NCBI GenBank assembly: GCA_016180435.1
Contig: JACPBG010000002.1
Span: 60,342-124,341, forward strand
From: Candidatus Sungiibacteriota bacterium
GTDB taxonomy: Bacteria; Patescibacteriota; Minisyncoccia; Sungbacterales; HO2-52-23
Direction: 5' to 3'
Length of the DNA stretch: 64,000 nucleotides
Notes under the pieces: model-generated
What the model saw: the letters and a program-made list of their open reading frames with translations, nothing else
Database searches by the model: none
What the model was told of the DNA's origin: nothing
Shown here: in pieces, positions 1-9,052 of the stretch
Layout: the number at the start of each line of letters is the position of its first letter
How positions within the stretch are numbered: position 1 is the stretch's first letter
Position numbers and translations under genes: made by a program

Positions 1-947
1 TTCCTAACCCGGATGTGATGTGTAACCGTCATATTAAGTTCGGGCTGTTTCTTAAACGTGCTCTGAAAGAGGGGGCGGATTTTATAGCGACCGGACACTA
101 TGTGCGCTTAAGCGCAAGAACTAAGAGCTTAGAACTTAGAACTAAGAAAAATCTGATGCTAAGTTCTAAGTCCTATATTCTAAGTTCTGCGGCCGATGCC
201 GCCAAGGACCAGTCCTATTTCCTTTGGACTCTTGCGCAAGACCAATTAAAACATTGTCTTTTTCCGATCGGGGAATACACTAAGCCCGCGGTACGGGAAA
301 TGGCGCGAAAATTCGGTTTGCCGGTTGCGGAAAAGCCGGATTCGCAAGGAGTGTGTTTTATCGGGGAATTTGACATGAAAGAATTTTTAAAAAAGCGGAT
401 TCCAGAATCGCGCGGACCGGTTGTGACAACCAGCGGCAAAAAAGTGGGGGAGCATGAGGGGCTTTCGTTTTATACCATTGGACAGCGACATGGGATGGGG
501 ATTGGGGGCCGCCCCGCAGAGCGGGGCGAGCCTCGCCCCAAAGGGGCGGGCGGGATTCCATATTATGTCGTGGCTAAGGATTTTAAAACCGACACGCTTA
601 TTGTCGGAGAGGGGCCTTATGACGAGAAATTATTCAAGAAAGAACTTATCGCCACAAATGTAAATTGGATTTTCGGGAAAGAGCCAAAATTACCTTTAAA
701 ATGCGAGGCGCGAATTAGGTATCGCCAGCCGTTACAACGCTGTCGCGTTGAAGCAAATAAAGAACTTAGAACTAAGAACTTAGAAAGAAAACTAAGTTCT
801 AAGTTCTATATGCTAAATGCTTGCCGCGTCAAAGTTATTTTTGATGCGGTACAACGCGCCGTAACTCCCGGCCAGTCAGTGGTATTTTATCAGGGAGATG
901 AAATGTTGGGGGGCGGAATTATTTACCCCGTTAGAGATGCGGAATAA
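1..947 (+). CDS. mnmA: tRNA 2-thiouridine(34) synthase MnmA, 5'-truncated at window edge; carries three in-frame repeat insertions
   Basis: ORF 15..947 is open to the window start. Contains GADFIATGHYVR, KDQSYFLW, ARIRYRQ and VTPGQSVVFYQGDEMLGGGII, typical of the MnmA C-terminal half. Confidence 0.85.
   Translation, partial: PNPDVMCNRHIKFGLFLKRALKEGADFIATGHYVRLSARTKSLELRTKKNLMLSSKSYILSSAADAAKDQSYFLWTLAQDQLKHCLFPIGEYTKPAVREMARKFGLPVAEKPDSQGVCFIGEFDMKEFLKKRIPESRGPVVTTSGKKVGEHEGLSFYTIGQRHGMGIGGRPAERGEPRPKGAGGIPYYVVAKDFKTDTLIVGEGPYDEKLFKKELIATNVNWIFGKEPKLPLKCEARIRYRQPLQRCRVEANKELRTKNLERKLSSKFYMLNACRVKVIFDAVQRAVTPGQSVVFYQGDEMLGGGIIYPVRDAE
113..190. repeat. TAGAAC-family palindromic element inserted in frame in mnmA (extra peptide RTKSLELRTKKNLMLSSKSYILSS)
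   Basis: agaactaagagcttagaacttagaactaag...ctaagttctaagtcctatattctaagttctg; the same unit family occurs in intergenic copies elsewhere in the window. Confidence 0.7.
508..561. repeat. GC-rich palindromic element (GGGGCGAGCCTCGCCCC core) in frame in mnmA (peptide RPAERGEPRPKGAGG)
   Basis: cagagcggggcgagcctcgccccaaaggggcgggcgggattc; a near-identical copy lies in gdh at 54571 and an inverted copy at 52578. Confidence 0.7.
759..826. repeat. TAGAAC-family palindromic element, second in-frame copy in mnmA (peptide NKELRTKNLERKLSSKFYMLNA)
   Basis: aaagaacttagaactaagaacttagaaag...ctaagttctaagttctatatgc. Confidence 0.7.
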
Positions 948-1096
948 AATAATGCTGGCGTGGATACATTTGATTGCGGAACAGATATTATTCAAAGTTT
1001 TATCTTGTACTAAATCTCTAACGACGGGGTTGACTCTTAAATCGGCTTATGCTACATTGCGTCCAGTACTTTAATTTATATACAGAGGATAAAGTC

Positions 1097-1723
1097 ATGG
1101 AAGAGAAGAAAAGCACTAACGTAAAGCGCGGAGAGTGGTTGAAATTTGCGTATGACGTCTTTCAGAAAGCTAAGGGGGAGGGCCTTCCTTTTATTTCTCC
1201 GTCCAGTTTTGTAACCAGGGTAACGGAGTTTGCGGGAAAGTCAGACCGGAATTATAAACATCTTTACCAGATTCCCGGGCTTAGGCGGGCTGTTGATTTT
1301 CTTTTGCAGTGCGGAGCAATTGAGCGCATAGAAATAGAAAAAGAAGAAGGTAATGCGCATGGTTTTCGTATTACCGCGAAAACTATTTTGCCTGAAGTGC
1401 TTGCGGCCGAGTTTAATTCTATACGGGTACAAAAGAAGACGCGAGCATCAGAGCAGACCGATTCTGAGGATGTTTCAACCTTAGAGCTTGTTGGTCAGGT
1501 GGTTCTGGAACTTGCAAAACTTGAAAAAGTAAGAGAAGAACGTCTTCAGGCGGCCGAAGATGCGGTTAGCAAGTTGCGTTCGGATGCGTCCGGTGCGCTG
1601 GCGTTATCTAGGCATGCCATGGAGCTCCGGCAGAATCTTGTTGACGCATTGCAGAAGTTGCGTGCGCAAAATTCATCCAGCCAACCCGTTGTAAAAATGC
1701 GGCGTGCGAGACAATCAGTATGA
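1097..1723 (+). CDS. hypothetical protein with coiled-coil C-terminus
   Basis: ORF 1049..1723; start taken at ATG 1097 behind AGAGGA. Its stop overlaps the rpoD start by 4 bp (ATGA). Confidence 0.45.
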   Translation: MEEKKSTNVKRGEWLKFAYDVFQKAKGEGLPFISPSSFVTRVTEFAGKSDRNYKHLYQIPGLRRAVDFLLQCGAIERIEIEKEEGNAHGFRITAKTILPEVLAAEFNSIRVQKKTRASEQTDSEDVSTLELVGQVVLELAKLEKVREERLQAAEDAVSKLRSDASGALALSRHAMELRQNLVDALQKLRAQNSSSQPVVKMRRARQSV

Positions 1724-3297
1724 GAATCAGATCACTTATCCGGGAGCCATCAGTTCAAGAACTAATCCGTCTTGCCGTACAGGACGGATTTATTACAAGA
1801 GAATATTTGTCCTATCTTCCTGTAAAAGTACTTTCTTGGGATGACGCACCCGGCGTTCTTGCTGATTTGCTTATTGGTGCGGCGTATCCATTCAAACTCT
1901 TGGATGTTAAAACAAATATACGGAAAGCGAGTGTTGATGTTTTTGACCGCGGGCCGTTACGCATACGAGATGATGATATATTGCCGGGCGGCGAAATTGA
2001 CTTTGAAGATGATGCAGAGGTTGAGCCGGAAGAAAATGATCTTCCAGGCAGTGCGGTTCCGAGCAAGAAGTCCGATGTTGAGTCCTATATTTTAATGCGA
2101 TATCTTACCGAGACCAGAAAAATTCCGCTTCTGAAAAGGGACGAAGAACTGCAAGGGTTTATGCAGTATGAAGAAGAAAAAGAGCGCCTGCTGCAGATCT
2201 TTCTGGAATTTGCGGAATTTCGCGAATGGGTGATTGGGCGAATTGAAAGTATTTATGTCCAAAGCGCGGTTCAAGACGAGGATGGCATTGAAACAGAGGA
2301 GGAAGAGGAACTCGACAAACCGGAGAAAAAATACGCCCCCATCCTTGATGCTTTTCGTTCCATTCATGATGAAATTATTCTTCTGGAATCAGGCGAACCA
2401 TATCCGGGCGCGCAAAAAAGCGTTTATGAAAATTTGCGTACTGCGGCAAAATTATTCGGGCAGTGCGGAATAAATCCGGATATGTTTGAGTTCGAAAATT
2501 GGGCGGTACGCCTTCCCGTGGATAAAGCGGCTTTTGACAGGGCCTATAAGGCCATGGTTTTGCGTAGAAATATGTTGGCCGAACCCAATGTCCGGCTGGT
2601 AATAAGTATTGCCAAGAAATACAAGCACGGAAGATTGTCGTTTCTGGATAGGATTCAGGAGGGAAATACGGGACTTTTGAAAGCCGTGGACAGGTTTGAA
2701 TATCAAAAGGGGTTTCGTTTTTCCACCTATGCTACCTGGTGGATTCGCCAGTCCGTTGATCGTGCGATTTACGATACCGGAAGCACCATCCGCATTCCCA
2801 TACATAGGCGGGAAGGCATGCGGAAAGTTTTTAAAGCCATAGAGAAACTTAAACGGCGCTACGGATATCAACATGAGCCGACCTTGAAAGATATAGCAAG
2901 ATTACTCGGATGGCCCGTTTGGGAAGTTCAGAAAAATATGAATATCGTCGGCGAGCCGTTAAGTCTGGATGTGGCCATAGGAGATTCGGGCGAAGATACG
3001 CTAGGGGATTTTCTGGCTGACGACAAAATTGATCGCCCGCATGATTCCGCAGATTGCGCAAACAGGAGGCAAAAACTGGACCGCTTTATTTCACGTCTTC
3101 CGCCGCGTGAAGAAATAATTGTGCGTTTGCGGTTTGGTTTCTCGTTTAGGGGCAAGCAGGAGCAGTGGACACTTGAGGAGCTGGGTAAAAAATTCGGAAT
3201 GACCCGTGAGCGCATCAGACAGCTTGAGGACAAAGGCATCCAGAAAATCAAAGATTTCATGCAAAAAGAAGGAATTCGCGAAGAAGATTTTTGGTAA
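1720..3297 (+). CDS. rpoD: RNA polymerase sigma factor, sigma-70 family (RpoD-like)
   Basis: Region 2 [48 protein letters not shown] and region 4 [20 protein letters not shown]. Confidence 0.9.
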   Translation: MRIRSLIREPSVQELIRLAVQDGFITREYLSYLPVKVLSWDDAPGVLADLLIGAAYPFKLLDVKTNIRKASVDVFDRGPLRIRDDDILPGGEIDFEDDAEVEPEENDLPGSAVPSKKSDVESYILMRYLTETRKIPLLKRDEELQGFMQYEEEKERLLQIFLEFAEFREWVIGRIESIYVQSAVQDEDGIETEEEEELDKPEKKYAPILDAFRSIHDEIILLESGEPYPGAQKSVYENLRTAAKLFGQCGINPDMFEFENWAVRLPVDKAAFDRAYKAMVLRRNMLAEPNVRLVISIAKKYKHGRLSFLDRIQEGNTGLLKAVDRFEYQKGFRFSTYATWWIRQSVDRAIYDTGSTIRIPIHRREGMRKVFKAIEKLKRRYGYQHEPTLKDIARLLGWPVWEVQKNMNIVGEPLSLDVAIGDSGEDTLGDFLADDKIDRPHDSADCANRRQKLDRFISRLPPREEIIVRLRFGFSFRGKQEQWTLEELGKKFGMTRERIRQLEDKGIQKIKDFMQKEGIREEDFW

Positions 3298-3302
3298 ATT
3301 TA

Positions 3303-3326
3303 AGACCGACAGTTCGGTCTTTTTTA
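3303..3326 (+). terminator. rho-independent terminator after rpoD
   Basis: agaccgacagttcggtct followed by tttttt. Confidence 0.65.
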
Positions 3327-3407
3327 ATTGTCCTCGAGACGCCCTTGTATTTTATAGTAGATTATGGTAAGCTAATTTCAGTAAATTTCCAATCTGGGGA
3401 GATAAAA

Positions 3408-3914
3408 ATGCGCAGATCAAAGGTAAAGGTGGAGACGAAAAAGGTGAAGCACGAGTGGGGGAAAAATCGCATGGTGGTTTTGGAAGCTGGCGAGAATTTG
3501 GACCTCGGTAAGCTCTTTGAAAAGGACACTCTTGTGTCCCATGAGTATTGGGATTCGCTTAAAAGAAAAATGCAGCTTGATCCGGAAAAACAGCTTTTGT
3601 TTGCGGTGTTGGAAGACGCAGTGCATTGTTTTCAGAAATATATTAGTTTTTCCAGCCGGAGAGGCCGCACACTTTTTTTAGACGCCGATACCTGGATTCA
3701 GGAAAAAGACGCAAATGACCTGTTTTCGTTTGAGGGCGTTTGCGATCATCTCGGATTTGATGCGGATTATGTTCGGGAGGGTCTGAATCGTTGGAAAGAG
3801 CGGAATCGGTGTCCGGTAGAAATCCAGGTGAGCCGGAAAAGAAGAGGGCGTAAGCTGCGCGATCTTACGGTTTTTGAAGTATATGAAAAACCACCAAATG
3901 CGGCGGTTGTATAA
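3408..3914 (+). CDS. hypothetical protein
   Basis: ORF 3291..3914; start taken at ATG 3408 behind GGGGAG. Confidence 0.45.
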   Translation: MRRSKVKVETKKVKHEWGKNRMVVLEAGENLDLGKLFEKDTLVSHEYWDSLKRKMQLDPEKQLLFAVLEDAVHCFQKYISFSSRRGRTLFLDADTWIQEKDANDLFSFEGVCDHLGFDADYVREGLNRWKERNRCPVEIQVSRKRRGRKLRDLTVFEVYEKPPNAAVV

Positions 3915-3960
3915 TGCAGCCGTCTTTTTTTATCCCCGATTTTATGATATAGTGTGGACT

Positions 3961-5811
3961 ATGAATGCAGATGAATTACGTCAAAAATTCCTGGATTTTT
4001 TTGAGAAAAACGGACATACAGTTGTGCCGTCGTCCTCCCTGATTCCCGATGACCCGTCAGTTCTTTTAACAACCGCCGGCATGCAGCAATTCAAGCCATA
4101 TTATTCGGAGCTTGATCCGGAAAAAACTATACATCCGTCCCTTGGAAAACCGATTGGAAAAAATGTGGTATCCGTGCAAAAATCGTTTCGTACTTCGGAC
4201 ATTGACGAGGTGGGAGACGATTCCCATCTTACATTTTTTGAAATGTTGGGCAATTTTTCGTTTGGCGGATATTTTAAAAAAGAAGCGATTACATTTGCGT
4301 TTGATTTTATCACCAAGGAATTAAGAATTCCGATCTCTTTTGTAACTGTATTTGAGGGATCGCATGGTGTTGCCAAAGACGAAGAATCCCGCGCTATTTG
4401 GAAAAAACTTGGTGTTTCGGATGTGAGGGAGCAGGGGATTGAGGATGTGTTCTGGGGACCGACCGGATCAGCCGGACCATGCGGCCCCACCACCGAAATT
4501 TATTGCGAAAATGCGGCAGGCGGAAAAGCGGAAATTTGGAATATTGTTTTTAACGAATTTTATTTTCCCGGCTCGCGAGAGGAACTTTTGTCCGGTTCGT
4601 CCGGAAAATCGCTTGAGCGATTGAAAACTCCGGGCGTGGATACCGGCATGGGATTGGAACGCCTCGCGATGATTGCGCAGAACAAGAAAAATATCTTTGA
4701 GACGGATTTGTTTGTGCCTTTTTTCGAACTGTTGCCATCCGAATTGCCTGAACGCGAAAAAAGGATTATCGCGGATCATCTGCGCGGAGCCGTTTTTTTA
4801 ATAGCCGATGGTGTGCGTCCTTTGAATAAAGAAGCAGGATATATTTTGCGTCGTCTTATGCGACGAGCCTTAGTTTATGAATATAAATATAAAATTTCTC
4901 CGGAATTTTTCATCTCAATTATGGGTGAAACCATTTCTAATTATGGGAAATTTTATAGCCAACTTGTAAAGGAAAGTGAAAATATTCGGATAGAATTTGA
5001 AAATGAGCGAAAAAAATTTAGGAAATTATTACCTCACGGTTTGATACAAATAAATCATCACATTGCTTTAGATCAAGAGTTATTGAAAAAAGATTCTCCT
5101 AATATAAATAAGGAAAGGGCATTATCTGGTTTTCAGGCGGGTTTATTCGCATTTGATCTTTTTCAAGATTCCGGTTTTCCTACCGAAGTGAGTAAAGAGT
5201 TATTTGAACAAGCCAACTATGATCTTACTCGCTTTGAGGCGGGTGTCCTGGAGAAAGCTAAAAAACACCAAGAGATTTCGCGTCGGGGCACCGAAAAAAA
5301 ATTCGGGGGGCATGGATTATTGCTGGACACCGGGGAACTTAAAGCCGCGGATGAAAATGAATTAAAAATCGTAACGCGGCTCCATACCGCAACCCATATG
5401 CTCCAGCAGGCCTTGCGGGAGGTTTTAGGGCCGGACGTGCATCAGGCCGGATCGGACATTACCGTGGAGCGCACGCGGTTTGATTTCACGTTTCAGCGAA
5501 AACTGACTTCCGAGGAGATAAAGCAGGTGGAGGATTTGGTTAATCAAAAAATAAAAGAGGATTTGCCTATGCAAAAAAAAGTGCTTCCGAAGTCGGAAGC
5601 GGAAAAAACCGGCGCGCTTTATTTTTTCAAAGAAAAATATCCGGATCCGGTGAATGTTTATTTTATCGGGAAAGATTTGGAAAATGCTTGGAGCAAAGAA
5701 TTTTGCGGAGGTCCGCATGTAATGCATACCGGCGAGATCGGTAAATTTAGAATTGCTAAAGAAGAAGCAGTGGGGGCGGAAGTTCGTAGAATCCGTGCGG
5801 TTGTGGAATAA
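3961..5811 (+). CDS. alaS: alanine--tRNA ligase, compact form lacking the C-terminal C-Ala domain
   Basis: N-terminus MNADELRQKFLDFFEKNGHTVVPSSSLIPDDPSVLLTTAGMQQFKPYY; GPTGSAGPCGPTTEIY; editing-domain motifs HTATHMLQQALREVLG...HQAGS and CGGPHV. Start taken at ATG 3961. Confidence 0.85.
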   Translation: MNADELRQKFLDFFEKNGHTVVPSSSLIPDDPSVLLTTAGMQQFKPYYSELDPEKTIHPSLGKPIGKNVVSVQKSFRTSDIDEVGDDSHLTFFEMLGNFSFGGYFKKEAITFAFDFITKELRIPISFVTVFEGSHGVAKDEESRAIWKKLGVSDVREQGIEDVFWGPTGSAGPCGPTTEIYCENAAGGKAEIWNIVFNEFYFPGSREELLSGSSGKSLERLKTPGVDTGMGLERLAMIAQNKKNIFETDLFVPFFELLPSELPEREKRIIADHLRGAVFLIADGVRPLNKEAGYILRRLMRRALVYEYKYKISPEFFISIMGETISNYGKFYSQLVKESENIRIEFENERKKFRKLLPHGLIQINHHIALDQELLKKDSPNINKERALSGFQAGLFAFDLFQDSGFPTEVSKELFEQANYDLTRFEAGVLEKAKKHQEISRRGTEKKFGGHGLLLDTGELKAADENELKIVTRLHTATHMLQQALREVLGPDVHQAGSDITVERTRFDFTFQRKLTSEEIKQVEDLVNQKIKEDLPMQKKVLPKSEAEKTGALYFFKEKYPDPVNVYFIGKDLENAWSKEFCGGPHVMHTGEIGKFRIAKEEAVGAEVRRIRAVVE

Positions 5812-5859
5812 AATATAAGCGTTGTCACGGACAGTGACAACGCGCAATCCTTTCGTAGC

Positions 5860-6245
5860 TTTCTTGACCTCCGAAGTTTTAACGAAGTAGGTAGCGAAGT
5901 CTGAATACGCCACCCGTCTGGCGTATTCAGAAAGAAACAAAAGCCCCGCGAATGCGAGACTTCTGCCTGATCTCAACGTAATACGAGATACAGGATTATC
6001 ACCTAATTGTATTGTAGCAGATCATAATATTCTGTCAATAGCGGGGCCTGTGGATATCCTTGAAGCGGTGGAGGTGCGGGGAATTGCACCCCGGAGATCA
6101 TGGGTGATAATCCTGAACTCGCACTACGCCACCCCCACCGCAGATTCAGAATATCAGGACGAGTGATTATTGTAAATAATTCCTGTGGCATTTCGAGTAG
6201 TGGGAAAAGTGTATGAAGTGTCATAGTGATTAAATGGTGTTAGAG
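5860..6245. ncRNA. structured non-coding region, candidate ncRNA of unknown class, with a tRNA-like T-arm/acceptor mimic on the - strand (~6067-6136)
   Basis: No ORF. Long-range inverted repeats caggattatcacc (5989-6001) / ggtgataatcctg (6092-6104), gccccgc / gcggggc, and a 12-bp hairpin ctgaatacgcca...tggcgtattcag. On the - strand, GGGGGTG...CGGGG-TGCAATT-CCCCG-CACCTCC-A resembles an acceptor plus T-arm. Confidence 0.3.
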
Positions 6246-6252
6246 TATACGT

Positions 6253-6597
6253 ATGTCTATAAAAATCATTAAAAACAAAATATTTAAATCCGAGCTTTCG
6301 GAAATTGCCCAAAATCAATTCGGCGATTTTGTGAAAGCTGTGGTGGACATAAAAAAAGGGATAATGGCAGTCGGCGGTGAACTTCATGCTGATGAAGAAG
6401 CCCTGCTTTTAGAAGATGGCTCCCGGCAAGAAAATTTGTGGGGCATAAATTTGTATCCGAATAAAACCGCCAAGGATCGGATTGAATTTAATTCCATGAT
6501 AAATGTCCGGCCGTCCCAGGGAAATCGTTCGCGAGGGGTGGAGAATCCGGATATTCAGGAGAAGATAAAAACAATAGTTAAAAAGTTAGTTTCTTGA
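6253..6597 (+). CDS. hypothetical protein
   Basis: 114-aa ORF with coding-like composition; no recognisable motif. Confidence 0.45.
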   Translation: MSIKIIKNKIFKSELSEIAQNQFGDFVKAVVDIKKGIMAVGGELHADEEALLLEDGSRQENLWGINLYPNKTAKDRIEFNSMINVRPSQGNRSRGVENPDIQEKIKTIVKKLVS

Positions 6598-6601
6598 TGC
6601 C

Positions 6602-6931
6602 ATGCCCTTAGTACATAAAAATTTAGCGCGCGGAGCATGGCATAAACTCTCTTTAATTGAGCAATTGGCAAATATAGGCAGTGAAATAAGCCGTGCCCGG
6701 AATTGGCAGAATAAGGATCAGGGTATTTTTGAAAATGCGGTGTTAAGGGCGCTTGAGCTTTTTGATCTGACCCTGGCTGATCCGCGCTGGCGCGGCCGGC
6801 TGCGAGAAATAGCGCGGACACGAGAAGTATTTTTGGATGCGTTATCCGGCGGCAAAGAATATCAAAGTTCGCTGGATGACCTGGATCGATATTTTCTAAG
6901 TTTTGCCTATTGCGCCCGTTTAAATTTATAA
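6602..6931 (+). CDS. hypothetical protein
   Basis: 109-aa ORF beginning 5 bp after the previous gene. Confidence 0.4.
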   Translation: MPLVHKNLARGAWHKLSLIEQLANIGSEISRARNWQNKDQGIFENAVLRALELFDLTLADPRWRGRLREIARTREVFLDALSGGKEYQSSLDDLDRYFLSFAYCARLNL

Positions 6932-6957
6932 AAGAACGGCCATTTAATATAAAGCCA

Positions 6958-7491
6958 ATGATTCATTTCATCACCGGGAACAAGGATAAATTTGAGGAAA
7001 TAAAAGCGATTTTGCCCGAAATCGAGCGGATGAAAATTGATCTGCCGGAAATTCAGGAAATTGACGCCCATGAAATCATCCGGCAAAAATTAGAAAGCGC
7101 GCAAAAGCACGCCAAAGGCGAGTTTATGGTAGAGGACACCTCGCTTTATTTGGAATGTTTGAATGGTCTGCCCGGACCTCTGATAAAATGGTTTTTGAAA
7201 ACTATCGGCGTCGGGGGTTTAGCGGGCTTGGCAGAGAAATTGGAAAATACGAAAGCAGAAGCGAAGACCGTTATTGGATATATGAGTGGCAGTGGAGAAA
7301 TTAGATTTTTTGAAGGAATCGTAAAAGGACAGATTATTTCTCCGCGCGGGGAGAAACGTTTTGAGTGGGACCGGATTTTTAGGCCCGATGGTCATGATAA
7401 AACATTTGCCGAAATGGGAATGGAGGAGAAAAATAAGATCAGCATGCGCCGGATTGCGGTGAATAGATTAAAGAAGTTTTTGAAAGCGTAA
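6958..7491 (+). CDS. rdgB: non-canonical purine NTP pyrophosphatase (Ham1/ITPase, RdgB family)
   Basis: MIHFITGNKDKFEE, VEDTSLYLECLNGLPGP and FEWDRIFRPDG match Ham1-family motifs. Confidence 0.75.
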   Translation: MIHFITGNKDKFEEIKAILPEIERMKIDLPEIQEIDAHEIIRQKLESAQKHAKGEFMVEDTSLYLECLNGLPGPLIKWFLKTIGVGGLAGLAEKLENTKAEAKTVIGYMSGSGEIRFFEGIVKGQIISPRGEKRFEWDRIFRPDGHDKTFAEMGMEEKNKISMRRIAVNRLKKFLKA

Positions 7492-7844
7492 GTGTACGAA
7501 TAATAAACGAATTACTTAACGAATTTGAACGAATCACGAATACATAAATAATAAAAAGTGTAGAACCCCCGGGAGCACGAGGCTCGCGGGGGTTCAACTT
7601 GGCTAGGCGTATTTCTACGCCGGCGCCGACGACCTAGGTTAACGCATTCAAATTAAACGCGTTTTTGGTCTTCACGTCATGGTTCCTCCTTTCTTTGGCC
7701 TCCACACGTCGTGTGGATAGGGTAACGATGACACTTCAAGAACCATTTTTAAGTATACTCTTCGTATATTTATTGTCAAGTCGCATAAGAGGGGATAGCC
7801 CTGCTTTTTTGTTTACCCGCCTTACTATATAATAGAAATAAGCC

Positions 7845-9041
7845 ATGTTTTCTTTATTTAAAAACAGAAAAGCGCCCTTATACGCAGCTATAGACGTCGG
7901 ATCCCATGCGGTAAAAGCCGTTATTTTCGAGAAGACGCGGGATAAAAAAAATCCCAAGGTTTTGAAAAAAATAATCATGAAGCTGCCTCCGGCATTTGAG
8001 CCGATTCGAATGGTGCATAAGCTCCGGGAGATACTTTTCGTAGTGGTAAAGGAACTTGGGCGCATTCCGGAGAAATTGGTGATCGCGTTCGGGACATCTC
8101 TGGCCGCGCATACGTTTGAGGTCTGGAATGCGGGTACGCTGTCGGCGGAAGAGGTATCGGCCGAGGCACTTGGCCGTTTATTCAAAAGTATCGCCGATTC
8201 GCATATATCGGCCGGACGTTTTATTTTCGCCTATCCCATTGAGGCCTTGGTCAATGGATATACGGTTGCATATTTTAAAACCGGAAATTGGATTTCGGCG
8301 GGTCTTGGAAAAAACGGCGCGTCAGGCGAGATATTTAAAAAAATAGCATTGTATCCGGGCAGTGCCATAAGTTTTCGCGCCTTGATTCTCACTTGCGCTG
8401 AAGACGTGGGCGAGGGTCTGCTTAATTTAAAGAAAAGTTTCGGGGGCATGCCGATTGAGTTTATCCCCATATCTTTTGCGCATCAGCATGCCGCTACGCG
8501 GGTTTTGGGATATCGCGATGTCATGCTGATTGATATTGGCGGGGAAATGACGGTTTTGGCCGAGATTCAAGAATCCGTGATCGGCGAAATCGCTTCAATC
8601 GAGGTTGGCGGCAGGAATTTTGTACGCGGAATTGCGCGGGTAGCCGGGATTTCCTTTGATGAGGCCGAGGATTTGAAGCGCCAGTATGCCAGCGATCAAA
8701 TCAGCGAGGAGCGAAAAAAAATGATCCGCTCATTCATAGGGCAGGAAGCAGATTTTTGGAAAAAAAAGTTTTTGGAATCGCTGGATGCGTTTTATCGCCT
8801 CGGACCCCTGCCGCCCGAGGTCCTGCTTTTCGGAGGCGGCTCAAACCTGGAGGATATTGCCTCATATCTCCGCGAAGGCGGATGGCTGGAAGATTTTTCG
8901 TACGCGAAATCAGCTACGGTACGATTGATGCGCGGCTCCGATTTGTTCGATGGATCATCCCTGAAAGGTTTTTTACAGGGTCCGGATGAATTTGCTATAG
9001 GGTCGCTGATTCATTATGCGTTGGAAGAATCAAATCACTAA
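7845..9041 (+). CDS. ftsA: actin-like ATPase, divergent cell-division protein FtsA-like
   Basis: N-terminal AAIDVGSHAVKAVIFE and later MLIDIGGEMTVLAEI...EVGGRNFVRGIARVAGISFDEAEDLKRQYA resemble FtsA phosphate and adenosine motifs; ~400 aa. Confidence 0.55.
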   Translation: MFSLFKNRKAPLYAAIDVGSHAVKAVIFEKTRDKKNPKVLKKIIMKLPPAFEPIRMVHKLREILFVVVKELGRIPEKLVIAFGTSLAAHTFEVWNAGTLSAEEVSAEALGRLFKSIADSHISAGRFIFAYPIEALVNGYTVAYFKTGNWISAGLGKNGASGEIFKKIALYPGSAISFRALILTCAEDVGEGLLNLKKSFGGMPIEFIPISFAHQHAATRVLGYRDVMLIDIGGEMTVLAEIQESVIGEIASIEVGGRNFVRGIARVAGISFDEAEDLKRQYASDQISEERKKMIRSFIGQEADFWKKKFLESLDAFYRLGPLPPEVLLFGGGSNLEDIASYLREGGWLEDFSYAKSATVRLMRGSDLFDGSSLKGFLQGPDEFAIGSLIHYALEESNH

Positions 9042-9052
9042 TTTTTGCGAAA

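Noticed and set aside
5819-5843. Hairpin after alaS as an intrinsic terminator
   Set aside because: The stem is good (gcgttgtcac...gtgacaacgc) but no T-run follows. Not called as a terminator; possibly part of the downstream structured region.
6067-6136. Possible tRNA gene on the - strand (acceptor stem plus T-arm)
   Set aside because: Only ~36 nt separate the acceptor 5' strand from the T-arm. No D-arm or anticodon arm can be formed. Part of that spacer instead pairs with a distant inverted repeat. Not a canonical tRNA; reported as a tRNA-like mimic.
7676-7700. Strong SD plus ATG on the - strand (GAAAGGAGGAACC ATG ACG TGA)
   Set aside because: The frame stops after two codons. Not a gene; possibly a remnant or part of a structured region.
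7736-8185. 149-aa - strand ORF, with similar antisense ORFs at 59429..60175, 62746..63357 and 56557..56973
   Set aside because: They lie fully antisense to strongly supported genes (ftsA-like, mreB, mrdA, gap) and have low-complexity Ser/Ala/Arg-rich translations. Treated as spurious.
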